This document shows, one piece after another, positions 29,369 through 39,240 of a stretch of 64,000 bases of DNA. The stretch lies in contig CAYORV010000001.1 of the NCBI GenBank assembly GCA_964406515.1, positions 33,956 through 97,955 of the forward strand, in the 5' to 3' direction. How positions within the stretch are numbered: position 1 is the first letter of the stretch; each line of letters begins with the position of its first letter. Source of the DNA: Candidatus Woesearchaeota archaeon (GTDB lineage Archaea > Nanobdellota > Nanobdellia > Pacearchaeales > GW2011-AR1). Below the pieces are notes generated by a model that ran no database searches, was not told where the DNA came from, and worked only from the letters and a program-made list of their open reading frames with translations. The position numbers and the translations under genes are program-made.

Positions 29369-30154
29369 ATGGATTTAGAGATAAAAAATAAAAAAGCCCT
29401 TGTGACTGGTGCAGGAAGAGGGCTTGGAAAATCAATAGCAATTAATTTAGCAAAAGAAGGGGTAAAAGTTGTAGTTGTATCTAGAACAGAATCTTATTTA
29501 AAAGAAGTTCTAGAAGAAATGGGTGGAGAAAACGAAGGGCATTATATGATTGTATGTGATTTAATGGGAGAAGGAGCACCACAAAAAGTTTTTGAAGAAA
29601 TTAAAGAAAAATTTGGAGAACCAGATATTTTAGTAAATAATTTAGGTGGAGTATTAGATATCAGAGACCCTTTTTGTTCATTAGATGATTGGAAGAAGAC
29701 CTATAGAATTAATTTGGAAGTTGCTATTGAGTTAAATAATTTAGTTATACCTTATATGGAAAGTAAAGGGTGGGGACGAATTGTTAATGTTTCTTCAACT
29801 GCAGGAATGGAAAATAATGGTCCAATAACTTACTGCACAATGAAAGCGGCTCTTACAGCATATACTCGATCTTTAGGAAGAGTTTTAGCAAAATCAGGGA
29901 TTGTGATGTCGGCTATTATGCCAGGAGCAGTCCTCACAAAAGGGGGCGATTGGGATAAAGTGTTGAAGGAAAGACCAGAACATGCAGAAAAATATCTAGC
30001 TGAAAGATGTCCTATGGGAAAATTTGGAGAACCCGATGATATAGGAACTATGGTAACCATATTATGCTCAAAACAAGCAAAATTTTGTCAGGGATCGATT
30101 TTTCCAGTAGATGGAGGACAAAGTAGACATTATTTTTGGACACGAGATGACTGA
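29369..30154 (+). CDS. Short-chain dehydrogenase/reductase (classical SDR)
   Basis: 'VTGAGRGLGKSIA', 'NVSSTAG', 'YCTMKAAL' (YxxxK). Confidence 0.75.
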   Translation: MDLEIKNKKALVTGAGRGLGKSIAINLAKEGVKVVVVSRTESYLKEVLEEMGGENEGHYMIVCDLMGEGAPQKVFEEIKEKFGEPDILVNNLGGVLDIRDPFCSLDDWKKTYRINLEVAIELNNLVIPYMESKGWGRIVNVSSTAGMENNGPITYCTMKAALTAYTRSLGRVLAKSGIVMSAIMPGAVLTKGGDWDKVLKERPEHAEKYLAERCPMGKFGEPDDIGTMVTILCSKQAKFCQGSIFPVDGGQSRHYFWTRDD

Positions 30155-30178
30155 AATTAAAAAACAAAACTAAACAAA

Positions 30179-31969
30179 ATGAAATTATCAGATTATGTTG
30201 CAGAATTTTTAGCTAAACAAGAAGTGAAACATGTATTTGGAATAACCGGAGGAGCAATAGTACATATTTTTGATTCTTTAGGAAAAAGAGAGGACATTTC
30301 ATATATTTGTCCACAGCATGAACAAGCAGCTGCAATGGCTGCAGATGCATATGCAAGAATTACAGGAAATTTAGGGGTGGCAATAGCTACAACAGGCCCA
30401 GGAGCAACAAATTTAATCACGGGAGTTGCTTGTGCTTATTTTGATTCTATCCCAACACTTTTCATAACAGGGCAAGTAGCAAGATTTAGATTAAATAAAG
30501 ATAAAAAAGCAAGACAAATCGGGTTTCAAGAAATTGATGTGGTAAGTATGTTTAAACCAATAACAAAATATGCTGTTCTTGTTGAAGATCCAAAAAAAAT
30601 AAGATATGAATTAGAAAAAGCAGTTTATTTGGCAAAATCTGGAAGGCCTGGTTCTGTATTAGTGGATATTCCAGATGATGTGCAAAGAGAAGAAATTAAT
30701 CCAGATGAATTATCCTCTTATGTTCCGGAAAAAGAAATTAGAAGTGATAAAGAATTAGATAGGCAAATTGAGGAATGTATCTCTTTAATTAAAAAAGCAA
30801 AAAGACCAATAATCATCCCGGGAGCAGGAGTTAAATTAGGGAAGGTTCAAGAAGAAACAAAAAAATTTATTGAGAAACTTAATTTTCCAGTTGCACTAAC
30901 CTGGGCAACACTAGATATGTATTCATATGATGACCCCATTAATGCTGGGGGTTTTGGAATAACTTCTCCAAGAACAGGAAATTTCGCTGTACAGAATTCA
31001 GATTTAATTATTGCACTTGGTTCAAAATTAGATACGCACCATACAGGAACTCCAATAAATACTTTTGCACGAGAAGCCAAAAAAATAGTTTTAGACATTG
31101 ATAAAAGTGAATTAGATAAATTTGAAAAGTATGGTGTGGAAGTTGATATTTTAATTAACTCGGATATTAAACCTTTCATAAATAAAATAAATGAAAAAAT
31201 AGAAAATATAGAAACACAAGATGTTTCTGAATGGATTAAAAAAATAGGAGAATGGAAAGAAAAATACAAGGCATACCAAAAAAAAGACTTTGATATAGAA
31301 GATTCTCTCGATGCTTATATTTTCTTAGATGAACTATCAGAACAATCTTCTGAAGGAGATATAATTATCCCTGATGCTGGGGGGAATTTAACTCAAACTT
31401 TTGCAGGATATAGACCAAAACAAAACCAAACAATCTTCAGCGCTTTTAATAATTCTCCAATGGGTTATTCACTTCCTGCAAGTATTGGGGCTTGTTTTGC
31501 AAATGAGAAGAAACAAGTAATTTGTATAATTGGTGATGGAGGAATCCAAATGAATATACAAGAATTAGCAACTATTGTCAAACATAAATTGCCAATAAAA
31601 ATCTTTGTTTTTAACAATAAAGGGTATGGTATGATAAAACAAACCCAAGATGATTGGCTTAGTTCAAATTATCAAGCATCTTCTACTGAAGGGGGAGTAG
31701 CAATACCTAATTTTGTAGAAATTGCAAACGCTTATGGATTAAAAACAGAAAAAATATCTAATTATCAAGAATTAAAATCAAAGATGAGGGCTATTTTAGA
31801 TAGTGAAGAAGCTATCCTTTGCGACGTCAATATTTCGAAAGATCAAAGAACAATACCAATGCTAAAATTTGGGAGACCTATAGAAGATTCAAAACCCCTA
31901 TTAGATAGAAAAGAATTTCTTGAAAACATGATTGTTAAACCTTTAGATGCTTCTTTAGAAGAAGAGTAA
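30179..31969 (+). CDS. Thiamine-diphosphate enzyme of the acetolactate-synthase/YerE-like family
   Basis: N-terminal 'HVFGITGGAI...AAAMAADAYAR' pyrimidine domain. 'IGDGGIQMNIQELATIV...FVFNNKGYGMI' GDG-x(24-27)-NN TPP motif. Confidence 0.75.
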   Translation: MKLSDYVAEFLAKQEVKHVFGITGGAIVHIFDSLGKREDISYICPQHEQAAAMAADAYARITGNLGVAIATTGPGATNLITGVACAYFDSIPTLFITGQVARFRLNKDKKARQIGFQEIDVVSMFKPITKYAVLVEDPKKIRYELEKAVYLAKSGRPGSVLVDIPDDVQREEINPDELSSYVPEKEIRSDKELDRQIEECISLIKKAKRPIIIPGAGVKLGKVQEETKKFIEKLNFPVALTWATLDMYSYDDPINAGGFGITSPRTGNFAVQNSDLIIALGSKLDTHHTGTPINTFAREAKKIVLDIDKSELDKFEKYGVEVDILINSDIKPFINKINEKIENIETQDVSEWIKKIGEWKEKYKAYQKKDFDIEDSLDAYIFLDELSEQSSEGDIIIPDAGGNLTQTFAGYRPKQNQTIFSAFNNSPMGYSLPASIGACFANEKKQVICIIGDGGIQMNIQELATIVKHKLPIKIFVFNNKGYGMIKQTQDDWLSSNYQASSTEGGVAIPNFVEIANAYGLKTEKISNYQELKSKMRAILDSEEAILCDVNISKDQRTIPMLKFGRPIEDSKPLLDRKEFLENMIVKPLDASLEEE

Positions 31970-31980
31970 GTTAATTCAAA

Positions 31981-32637
31981 ATGACAGAAATAAACTTGAT
32001 GGAGAGATATCCTCAAACTAAAAGAAATTTGAGTGAAAGGAGTCAAGAAAAAACAGAAGAAGACAGGGTTATTGCAGGGAAATTTGGGAAAGAATACTTT
32101 GATGGCGATAGAAAATATGGTTATGGGGGCTATAGTTATCATCCAAGATTTTTTTCTGAAGTTGTGGAGGATATGGTAAGACATTATGGACTTTCTGAGG
32201 GAAGCAAAATTCTTGATGTGGGATGTGCTAAAGGATTTATGTTACATGATTTTAAGAGATTGCATCCTGAAATAATTGTGAGAGGTATTGATATTTCTGA
32301 GTATTCTATTGAAAATTCTAAGCCAGAAGTTAGAGAATTTTTAAGTGTCGGAAATGCAAGAGATTTGAGTGAATTTGGAGATGATGAATTTAATTTAGTA
32401 ATCTCAATAAATACTATTCATAATCTTCCTTTAGAAGAATGTAAGCAAGCACTTAAAGAAATTCAAAGAGTTGGAAAAAATTCATTCATTACAGTTGATG
32501 CGTGGAGGGATGATGCTGGAAAAGAAGACATGAATACTTGGAATTTGACAGCAAAAACATTCATGCAAGTAGATGATTGGAAAAATTTATTTGATGGGGT
32601 AGGATATACTGGAGATTATTATTGGTTTATTCCCTGA
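31981..32637 (+). CDS. Class I SAM-dependent methyltransferase
   Basis: 'KILDVGCAKGFMLHD' motif I. Confidence 0.6.
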   Translation: MTEINLMERYPQTKRNLSERSQEKTEEDRVIAGKFGKEYFDGDRKYGYGGYSYHPRFFSEVVEDMVRHYGLSEGSKILDVGCAKGFMLHDFKRLHPEIIVRGIDISEYSIENSKPEVREFLSVGNARDLSEFGDDEFNLVISINTIHNLPLEECKQALKEIQRVGKNSFITVDAWRDDAGKEDMNTWNLTAKTFMQVDDWKNLFDGVGYTGDYYWFIP

Positions 32638-32677
32638 TTTTCATAAGGAATGACAAAAAATAATTTTACTAGTCTTA

Positions 32678-32697
32678 CTACATAAATCTTTATAAAT
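32678..32697 (+). promoter_or_regulatory. BRE/TATA-like promoter (ctacataaatcTTTATAAAt)
   Basis: ~21 bp upstream of the ATG at 32717. Confidence 0.5.
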
Positions 32698-32716
32698 TAA
32701 ATTAATAATAAAATTT

Positions 32717-33331
32717 ATGGAAAAAGAAGAGTTAATCAGCTTTACAAAAGAGATAGAAGAATTGTGGAATCAAGCAAAAATAAGAGCCCCTATTCATCTT
32801 TCTGGAGGAAACGAGGAACAATTAATTGAACTTTTTAGAGAAATAAAAAAGGGGGATTATATTTTTTCAACTTGGCGTTCTCATTACCATTATCTTTTAG
32901 CTGGAGGCTCTAAAGAAAAACTTAAACAAATGATTTTAGATGGGCATAGCATGCATATTAATGATAAAGAATTAAATTTTATTACTTCTTCAATTGTCGC
33001 AGGAACTCCGCCAATAGCTGCAGGAGTTGCCCTTGCTTTGAAAAAGAAAGGGAGCGACAAGCATGTTTGGTGCTTTATAGGGGATGGTGCAGAAGATGAA
33101 GGACATGTATATGAAGCAATACGATATGTGGATGGGCATAATTTACCTTGTACTTTTGTAATAGAGGATAATAATCGGGCTGTTGAAACACCCAAAAATG
33201 AAAGATATGGGAGTTCAGAAATGCCTTGGCCCAAATGTGTAAAAAGATATCATTATGTTCCAACTTATCCTCATTTAGATAATGGAGCATGGGTTAATTT
33301 TTCAGGTCAAAAAGCAGGAGGCTTATTATGA
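32717..33331 (+). CDS. TPP-binding alpha subunit of a split E1/transketolase-like enzyme
   Basis: 'CFIGDGAEDEGHVYEAIRYVDGHNLPCTFVIEDNNRAVETP' GDG-x(25)-NN motif. Only 204 aa. Confidence 0.55.
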   Translation: MEKEELISFTKEIEELWNQAKIRAPIHLSGGNEEQLIELFREIKKGDYIFSTWRSHYHYLLAGGSKEKLKQMILDGHSMHINDKELNFITSSIVAGTPPIAAGVALALKKKGSDKHVWCFIGDGAEDEGHVYEAIRYVDGHNLPCTFVIEDNNRAVETPKNERYGSSEMPWPKCVKRYHYVPTYPHLDNGAWVNFSGQKAGGLL

Positions 33332-34872
33332 AATATAAAGATGCTTTAATAAAATCTATGAATATGCTTGCAGAAGATAAAAATACAATTTTTTTAGGAT
33401 ATAATCTTAATTTTGGTACAAAATGTTATGGTACCTTGGAAGGAATTTCTAATGAACAAAGGTTGGAAACACCTTTGGCAGAAAATTTAATGACAGGCCT
33501 ATGTACAGGATTAGCATTAGAAGGATTTAGACCAGTTTTATTTTTTGAAAGGCATGATTATATTTTACTGGCCCTTGATGCCATAGTAAATCATTTAGGC
33601 AAATTAAAGGAAATGACTAATGGACAATTCAAAGCTCCAGTTATAATTAGAGCAACAGTAGGTTCTTCAAAACCAATTCATCCAGGCCCTCAACATATAC
33701 AAGATTTTTCAGAAGAATTAAAGAAAATGATATCTTTTCCAGTTTATGAACCAAAAAATTCACAAGAAGTATTAGACGTTTATGAAAAAATAAAAAACAT
33801 TGAAACTCCTGTATTAATTCTAGAAAGAAAAGAACTGTATGGGCAAGATACATCTGTATCTGGTGAAGAAAAAGAAATTAAACAAAAAGTTTTAGTTACA
33901 GGAGGAGCAGGTTATGTTGGAAGTGTTTTAGTTCCAAATCTTTTAGAAAAAGGCTATGAAGTCAGGGTTTTAGATTCTATGCTTTTTAGCTCACAAGGTT
34001 TAGATTCTGTAAAAGATAAATGTGAAATTGTGGAAGGAGATATAAGAGATTATAATTTGGTAGAAAAATGTTTAGAAGATATAGATTTTGTTATTCATCT
34101 TGCAGCAATTTCTAATGACCCTTGTTCTGATTTAGATCCAGAACTAACAAAGCAAGTTAATTTTGAAGCCACTAAAAATTTAGTTAAATTATCAAAAGAA
34201 AAAAAGGTTAAAAGATTTATTTATGCGTCAAGTAGCAGTGTTTATGGAATCAAACAAGATCCAAATGTTACAGAAGATCTACCTTTAGATCCCTTGACAA
34301 TTTATTCTAAAACAAAAGAATGGTCAGAACAGGTTGTAAGGCAAAGCAATGATAATGACTTTACAGCAGTAGTTCTAAGACCTGCTACAGTTTGTGGATA
34401 TTCTCCAAGAATGCGTTTGGATTTAACAGTAAATATTCTAACAGACCATGCAATTAACAAGGGAAAAATAACAGTTTTTGGAGGATCTCAAAAAAGGCCA
34501 AATATCCATATAGAAGATATAACTAATTATTACATAGAATTATTAAAAATTCCTAAAGAGAAAATAGCTGGAGAAACATTTAATGCAGGCTATGAAAACC
34601 ACACAGTTATTGAAATTGCAGAAATGATAAAAGAAATTATTGGAAACAACGTGACAATTGAGAGAACAGAATCAGATGATTTAAGATCTTATCATATTTC
34701 CTCTGAAAAAATAAAAAAGATGTTAGGTTTAGCTCCAAAAAAGACAATAAAAGATGCGGTAAGTGATTTGAAAATTGCTTTTGAAAAAGGACTTATCCCA
34801 AACCCCTTAGACTCTAATTATAAAAATATTGAAAAAATGAAAGAGATTGGGATAGAAAATTTAACAGAATAA
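33328..34872 (+). CDS. Fusion of an E1-beta/transketolase pyrimidine-binding domain (N-terminal) with an NAD-dependent sugar epimerase/dehydratase (C-terminal)
   Basis: 'ETPLAENLMTGLCTGLALEGFRPVL' (E1beta-like), then 'VLVTGGAGYVGSVLVPNLLEKGYEVRVLD' and 'YSKTKEWSE' (YxxxK). ATGA overlap with the alpha gene. Confidence 0.6.
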   Translation: MKYKDALIKSMNMLAEDKNTIFLGYNLNFGTKCYGTLEGISNEQRLETPLAENLMTGLCTGLALEGFRPVLFFERHDYILLALDAIVNHLGKLKEMTNGQFKAPVIIRATVGSSKPIHPGPQHIQDFSEELKKMISFPVYEPKNSQEVLDVYEKIKNIETPVLILERKELYGQDTSVSGEEKEIKQKVLVTGGAGYVGSVLVPNLLEKGYEVRVLDSMLFSSQGLDSVKDKCEIVEGDIRDYNLVEKCLEDIDFVIHLAAISNDPCSDLDPELTKQVNFEATKNLVKLSKEKKVKRFIYASSSSVYGIKQDPNVTEDLPLDPLTIYSKTKEWSEQVVRQSNDNDFTAVVLRPATVCGYSPRMRLDLTVNILTDHAINKGKITVFGGSQKRPNIHIEDITNYYIELLKIPKEKIAGETFNAGYENHTVIEIAEMIKEIIGNNVTIERTESDDLRSYHISSEKIKKMLGLAPKKTIKDAVSDLKIAFEKGLIPNPLDSNYKNIEKMKEIGIENLTE

Positions 34873-34890
34873 CACCATAATTTTTATAAA
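34871..34890 (+). promoter_or_regulatory. TATA-like promoter (aacaccataaTTTTTATAAAt)
   Basis: ~23 bp upstream of the ATG at 34913. Confidence 0.45.
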
Positions 34891-34912
34891 TTAAAATAAG
34901 TAAAGCCATTAT

Positions 34913-35311
34913 ATGGAAAAAGATCTTTTAAACCAAGAATTAGATAAAAATGCTGTAAAGACTTGTTTAGATACTATCAAACTTGTAACAACATGGCAGG
35001 TAAATCCTTCTCCTGCAGAAGAATTAAAAGAAGGACAAGCAATTTTAGCTTACTCTTTTGGAATAGGTAAAAGAAGGGATGGGCAAGAAGAGAGAGAAGA
35101 TCCTTCAAAGATACGATACTCTCATAAAGTTTATTCTCCGGGCTTAAGTAATATTAAATTGGCAAGAAGTATTTCAAATCTTCATCATAAGGGGGGATTG
35201 AATGTCCCAACATTTGTTCAATGGGAAATTGGAGAAGCCCTACAAGAAATAGCTTCAAGGATCCACAATGTTTTTTTTAAAAAAACTCTGGCAGTAAAAG
35301 ATTTTGATTAA
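34913..35311 (+). CDS. Hypothetical protein
   Basis: ORF with a promoter-like box upstream. No recognisable motif. Confidence 0.3.
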   Translation: MEKDLLNQELDKNAVKTCLDTIKLVTTWQVNPSPAEELKEGQAILAYSFGIGKRRDGQEEREDPSKIRYSHKVYSPGLSNIKLARSISNLHHKGGLNVPTFVQWEIGEALQEIASRIHNVFFKKTLAVKDFD

Positions 35312-35314
35312 AAA

Positions 35315-36505
35315 ATGAAAGAGGAGTTAAATAAGAAACAAATTGTGTTCATTGAACCAAAACCAACTGTGACTATGTATCGTGTAGCGAGGAGCTTAAA
35401 ACAAACAGGAAAATATGAAACGATTCTTTTTTCTTTTTCTGAACTTGATAGAGAATTTTATGAAAAAGCTTATGATAAAATTTTTATTTTAGATTTAAGT
35501 CATAAAATTAAAACCAAAGATTTATTTGATTTTTCTAAAAGGATATTAAATGGGAAAGTTAAATCATTTCTTGAAAAAATAAAGAAAATGAGGCCATATC
35601 TTTTTAATATTACTGGACCAGATTTATTCGTTTTTATGGCAATGTCTTCTTTGATAAAAAATCCGAGTCCAAAGATTTATTATCCTAATGATATTTGGGG
35701 GGCACTTAAAAAAAATTACTTTTTTACAAAAGAATTTTGGATAAAGGGGGAATTTCAAAAATTCTTTGAAAAGATTTGTTTTAAAATGGCTGATGGAGTT
35801 CTAAATAAAGGAGCTCCACAACACTTAGATTTGTTGAATTATAGTATAAGTGTTCCAAGGATGGCCCTTCCTTCTTATTGCCTTGATGCTTGGATGTTTC
35901 CTCCAAGAAAAAAGAAAAATAAAGAGATTCATGTTGCTTTTGGGGCGAGCCCAGCACATCCATTATTCTTGGGTGAATTGTCCCACATAGAAATTATAAA
36001 AACCATCACTTCACAGAAGATTCACCTTCATACATATGGGCCTTGTTTTGATGAAAAAGAAAATAAAATCTTTGTTAAAGAATCAAAAAAGAACAAATAT
36101 TATCATTTTCATGGGCTAGTAAAACCTGGTGTGTTAAATAAAGAAATGTCAAAATACAATTATGGTATTTTTTTATTCTTTATGGATCCTGTAAAGGGAA
36201 TCCCATTCACAAAATTAGCAAAACCCATGCTTAATTCAAAGATGATAAACTATCTTGAATCAGGATTGCCAATAATTATAAACAAACAATATGAATATAT
36301 GGCTGGAATAATTGAAAAACATGGTCTAGGGTTGGCAATAGATGCTGAAGATTTAAAAAATCTCAGGAAGATTCTGGAACAAAAAGATTATTCTCAATTT
36401 CAAAAAAATATTAAAAAGTTTCAAAAAGAATTTTGCTTGAGTAAAAAAATAAAAGAAATAGAAGCATTTTATGATAAGATTGTGAAAATTAAAACTCCTT
36501 CTTGA
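35315..36505 (+). CDS. Hypothetical protein, possible GT-B-fold glycosyltransferase-like
   Basis: C-terminal 'KMINYLESGLPIIINK...GLGLAID' resembles the GT-B nucleotide-sugar-binding half. Weak. Confidence 0.3.
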   Translation: MKEELNKKQIVFIEPKPTVTMYRVARSLKQTGKYETILFSFSELDREFYEKAYDKIFILDLSHKIKTKDLFDFSKRILNGKVKSFLEKIKKMRPYLFNITGPDLFVFMAMSSLIKNPSPKIYYPNDIWGALKKNYFFTKEFWIKGEFQKFFEKICFKMADGVLNKGAPQHLDLLNYSISVPRMALPSYCLDAWMFPPRKKKNKEIHVAFGASPAHPLFLGELSHIEIIKTITSQKIHLHTYGPCFDEKENKIFVKESKKNKYYHFHGLVKPGVLNKEMSKYNYGIFLFFMDPVKGIPFTKLAKPMLNSKMINYLESGLPIIINKQYEYMAGIIEKHGLGLAIDAEDLKNLRKILEQKDYSQFQKNIKKFQKEFCLSKKIKEIEAFYDKIVKIKTPS

Positions 36506-36518
36506 GATTTATATACTT

Positions 36519-36540
36519 CACCTAATAAATCTTTAAAAAC
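36519..36540 (+). promoter_or_regulatory. BRE/TATA-like promoter (cacctaataaatcTTTAAAAAC)
   Basis: ~21 bp upstream of the ATG at 36561. Confidence 0.5.
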
Positions 36541-36560
36541 TATCTTCAAAATAAAACTTC

Positions 36561-38771
36561 ATGGAAATCTTGGATAATTTCTCCGACAAAAATTATACAA
36601 CTAGGGAAACATGTAGGGTTTGTGGTTCAGAAAATTTAACTCCTCTTTTTTCATTAGGAGATTTATATATTTCTACTTTTGTTAAAAATCCTTACGAGAG
36701 CATTGGAAAGGCTCCTCTTGAATTAGTATGGTGTGAAAATTGTACATTAGTACAGCTTAAGCATACTGCACCCCAAGAACTTATGTATTCAAAGCATTAT
36801 TGGTATCATTCTAAATTAAATAAGGTTATTGTAGAGGATTTAAGAGAAATAACAGAGATTGCTAATAAAATGGTTGACCTAAAAGAAGGAGATGTTATTC
36901 TTGACATTGGAGCGAATGACGGAACATTGTTGAGTTTTTATCCTTCAAGATACCTTCGAGTTGGATGTGAACCTGCAACAAATTTAATTGAAGATATGAG
37001 AAAACATTGTAATATTGCGATGAATGACTTCTGGACTTATGAGAATTACAAAAATGCTGTTGGAGAAAGAAAAGCAAAAATAATTACTGCTATTGGAATG
37101 TTTTATGATATGGAGGATCCAAATCAGTTTATCCGTGATTCTGCCGAGGCACTTGAAGAAGATGGTGTTTTTATTGCTCAATTGATGACTTCAAAAAAAA
37201 TGTTAGAACAAAATGATATAGGGAATATTTGCCATGAGCATATTGAATATTATTCTTACGAGTCTCTTAAATATCTTTTTGAAAAAAATGGTTTAGAAAT
37301 ATTTAAGGTTGAAGAAAATGCGATTAATGGAGGAAGTTATAGATTGTTTGCAAGAAAATACAAAACAGGAAGTGTTCATTATCCTGAAAACATAACTAAA
37401 GAAAATTATTTAGATTTTGCCAAGAAAATAGAAGAAAACAGACAAAATTGTTTGAATTTACTCAATGAACTCAATAAGCAAGGTAAAAAAATCTATGGTT
37501 ATGGAGCCTCTACAAAAGGGAATACAATTCTCCAATATTATGGTATAGGTACTGGTTTGATTAAAGGAATTGCAGAAATAAGTGAAGAAAAATTTGGCAA
37601 ATATACTGTTGGATCAGGAATTCCAATAATTGAGGAAAAAGAAGCAAAAAAAGATGCAGATTATTTTTTAATCTTGCCTTATGCATTTAGAGATTCTTTT
37701 ATTGAAAAAGAGCAGGAATGGATTAAGAATGGAGGAAAATTTATTTTTGCTTTGCCAGAAGTAGAAATTTATCCTAAGGAAGATTTTGAAAAAAAGAAAA
37801 AAGCTTTAATTTTGGGAATTACTGGGCAGGATGGAAGTTATCTTGCAGAATTTCTTTTAGAAAAAGGATATGAAGTTCATGGGATGATAAGAAAATCTGC
37901 TACAGGAAATACAAAAAATATAAAGCATATTATGGGCAAGATTGTTCTGCATAAGGGGAACTTAACAGACCCTGTTTCAATTTATAAAATCATTGATGAC
38001 GTTAGACCTGAAGAGATTTATAATGAAGCCGATCAAGATCACGTAAGTTGGAGTTTTGATATGGCAGGTTATAGTTATGATGTTACAGGGGCTGCTGTTG
38101 GGAGAATTCTTGAAATAATAAAACAAATTAATCCTAAAATAAAATATTTTCAACCTTTATCATCAAATATTTTTGGAATTCCTGAAGAGACACCCCAGAC
38201 AGAAGAAACTAATGTAAGGCCTCAGAGCCCATATGCTTGTGGAAAAGTGTTAGCCCAAGTTTTGTGTAAATATTATCGGGATGTTTATGGTATGTTTATT
38301 TCTACTGCAATTTTCTACAATCACGAATCTCCAAGAAGAACAGAAGATTATGTGACACATAAAATTACTAAAGCTGCTGTTAAAATCTCAAAAGGATTGC
38401 AAAAAAAATTATCTTTGGGAGATTTATCGACAAGGGTTGATTTTGGTTATGCTCCAGAATACATGGAAGCTGCATGGAATATGATGCAATTAGATAAACC
38501 AGATGATTTTATTATATGTACTGGCGAGACCCATACTGTTCAAGAATTTTTGCAAGAAGCATTTAAAGAAGTGGGATTAAATGCGGATGATTATGTTGAG
38601 TATGACAAACAATTTGAAAGGCCTGGAAAAACAGGAGATCTGATTGGAGATTATTCTAAAGCAAATAGGGCTTTTGGATTTACTCCACGAACTAAATTTA
38701 AAGAGATTGTAAGGATGTTAATTAAAAATGATTTAAAGGAAGTTGAGAGGGAAATGCAGGAAAATGATTGA
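36561..38771 (+). CDS. Fusion of an NDP-hexose C-methyltransferase (TylC3/TcaB9-like, N-terminal Zn ribbon) with a GDP-mannose 4,6-dehydratase
   Basis: N-term 'CRVCGS...CENCTLVQL' Cys4 ribbon plus 'LDIGANDGTLL' MTase. C-term '[31 protein letters not shown]', 'YNEADQDHV', 'PYACGK' (GMD/SDR). Confidence 0.7.
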   Translation: MEILDNFSDKNYTTRETCRVCGSENLTPLFSLGDLYISTFVKNPYESIGKAPLELVWCENCTLVQLKHTAPQELMYSKHYWYHSKLNKVIVEDLREITEIANKMVDLKEGDVILDIGANDGTLLSFYPSRYLRVGCEPATNLIEDMRKHCNIAMNDFWTYENYKNAVGERKAKIITAIGMFYDMEDPNQFIRDSAEALEEDGVFIAQLMTSKKMLEQNDIGNICHEHIEYYSYESLKYLFEKNGLEIFKVEENAINGGSYRLFARKYKTGSVHYPENITKENYLDFAKKIEENRQNCLNLLNELNKQGKKIYGYGASTKGNTILQYYGIGTGLIKGIAEISEEKFGKYTVGSGIPIIEEKEAKKDADYFLILPYAFRDSFIEKEQEWIKNGGKFIFALPEVEIYPKEDFEKKKKALILGITGQDGSYLAEFLLEKGYEVHGMIRKSATGNTKNIKHIMGKIVLHKGNLTDPVSIYKIIDDVRPEEIYNEADQDHVSWSFDMAGYSYDVTGAAVGRILEIIKQINPKIKYFQPLSSNIFGIPEETPQTEETNVRPQSPYACGKVLAQVLCKYYRDVYGMFISTAIFYNHESPRRTEDYVTHKITKAAVKISKGLQKKLSLGDLSTRVDFGYAPEYMEAAWNMMQLDKPDDFIICTGETHTVQEFLQEAFKEVGLNADDYVEYDKQFERPGKTGDLIGDYSKANRAFGFTPRTKFKEIVRMLIKNDLKEVEREMQEND

Positions 38772-39240
38772 GTTAAATGGGAAAAAAGAAAAAATAGTTA
38801 TGGTTAGTGGGGGATTTGATCCATTGCATTTGGGACACTTGCTTTCTTTTCAAGCAGCTAAAAGATTAGGTGATAAGCTTGTAGTAGTTATTGATGGAGA
38901 TGAATATTTAATAAAAAAGAGAGGGCATGTTTTTATGCCGATTGAAGATAGAATTGCCATAATAAGGGAGTTGGAGTGTGTAGATGATGTAATTACTATG
39001 GGTGATGGGGATCTTAGTGAAACAATCTTGCATATGAAACCAGATATCTTTGCAAACGGAGGAGATAAAAATCTTTTAGAAAAAATTCCTTCCTCTGAAA
39101 TAGAGGCCTGTGAAAAAGTAGGATGTAAAATTATTTTTAATGTTGGTGGAGGAAACAAATTGAGATCAAGTTCTGAATTATTAGATAGGTGGGTGACATT
39201 AAATAAAAATAAACTAATTAAAAATGAAGAAAGATTTTGA
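38764..39240 (+). CDS. Cytidylyltransferase-fold nucleotidyltransferase (HxGH)
   Basis: 'IVMVSGGFDPLHLGHLLSFQAAKRLGDKLVVVI'. The ATG at 38764 gives an ATGA-type 8-nt overlap with the upstream gene. The track start is at 38743. Confidence 0.6.
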   Translation: MIELNGKKEKIVMVSGGFDPLHLGHLLSFQAAKRLGDKLVVVIDGDEYLIKKRGHVFMPIEDRIAIIRELECVDDVITMGDGDLSETILHMKPDIFANGGDKNLLEKIPSSEIEACEKVGCKIIFNVGGGNKLRSSSELLDRWVTLNKNKLIKNEERF

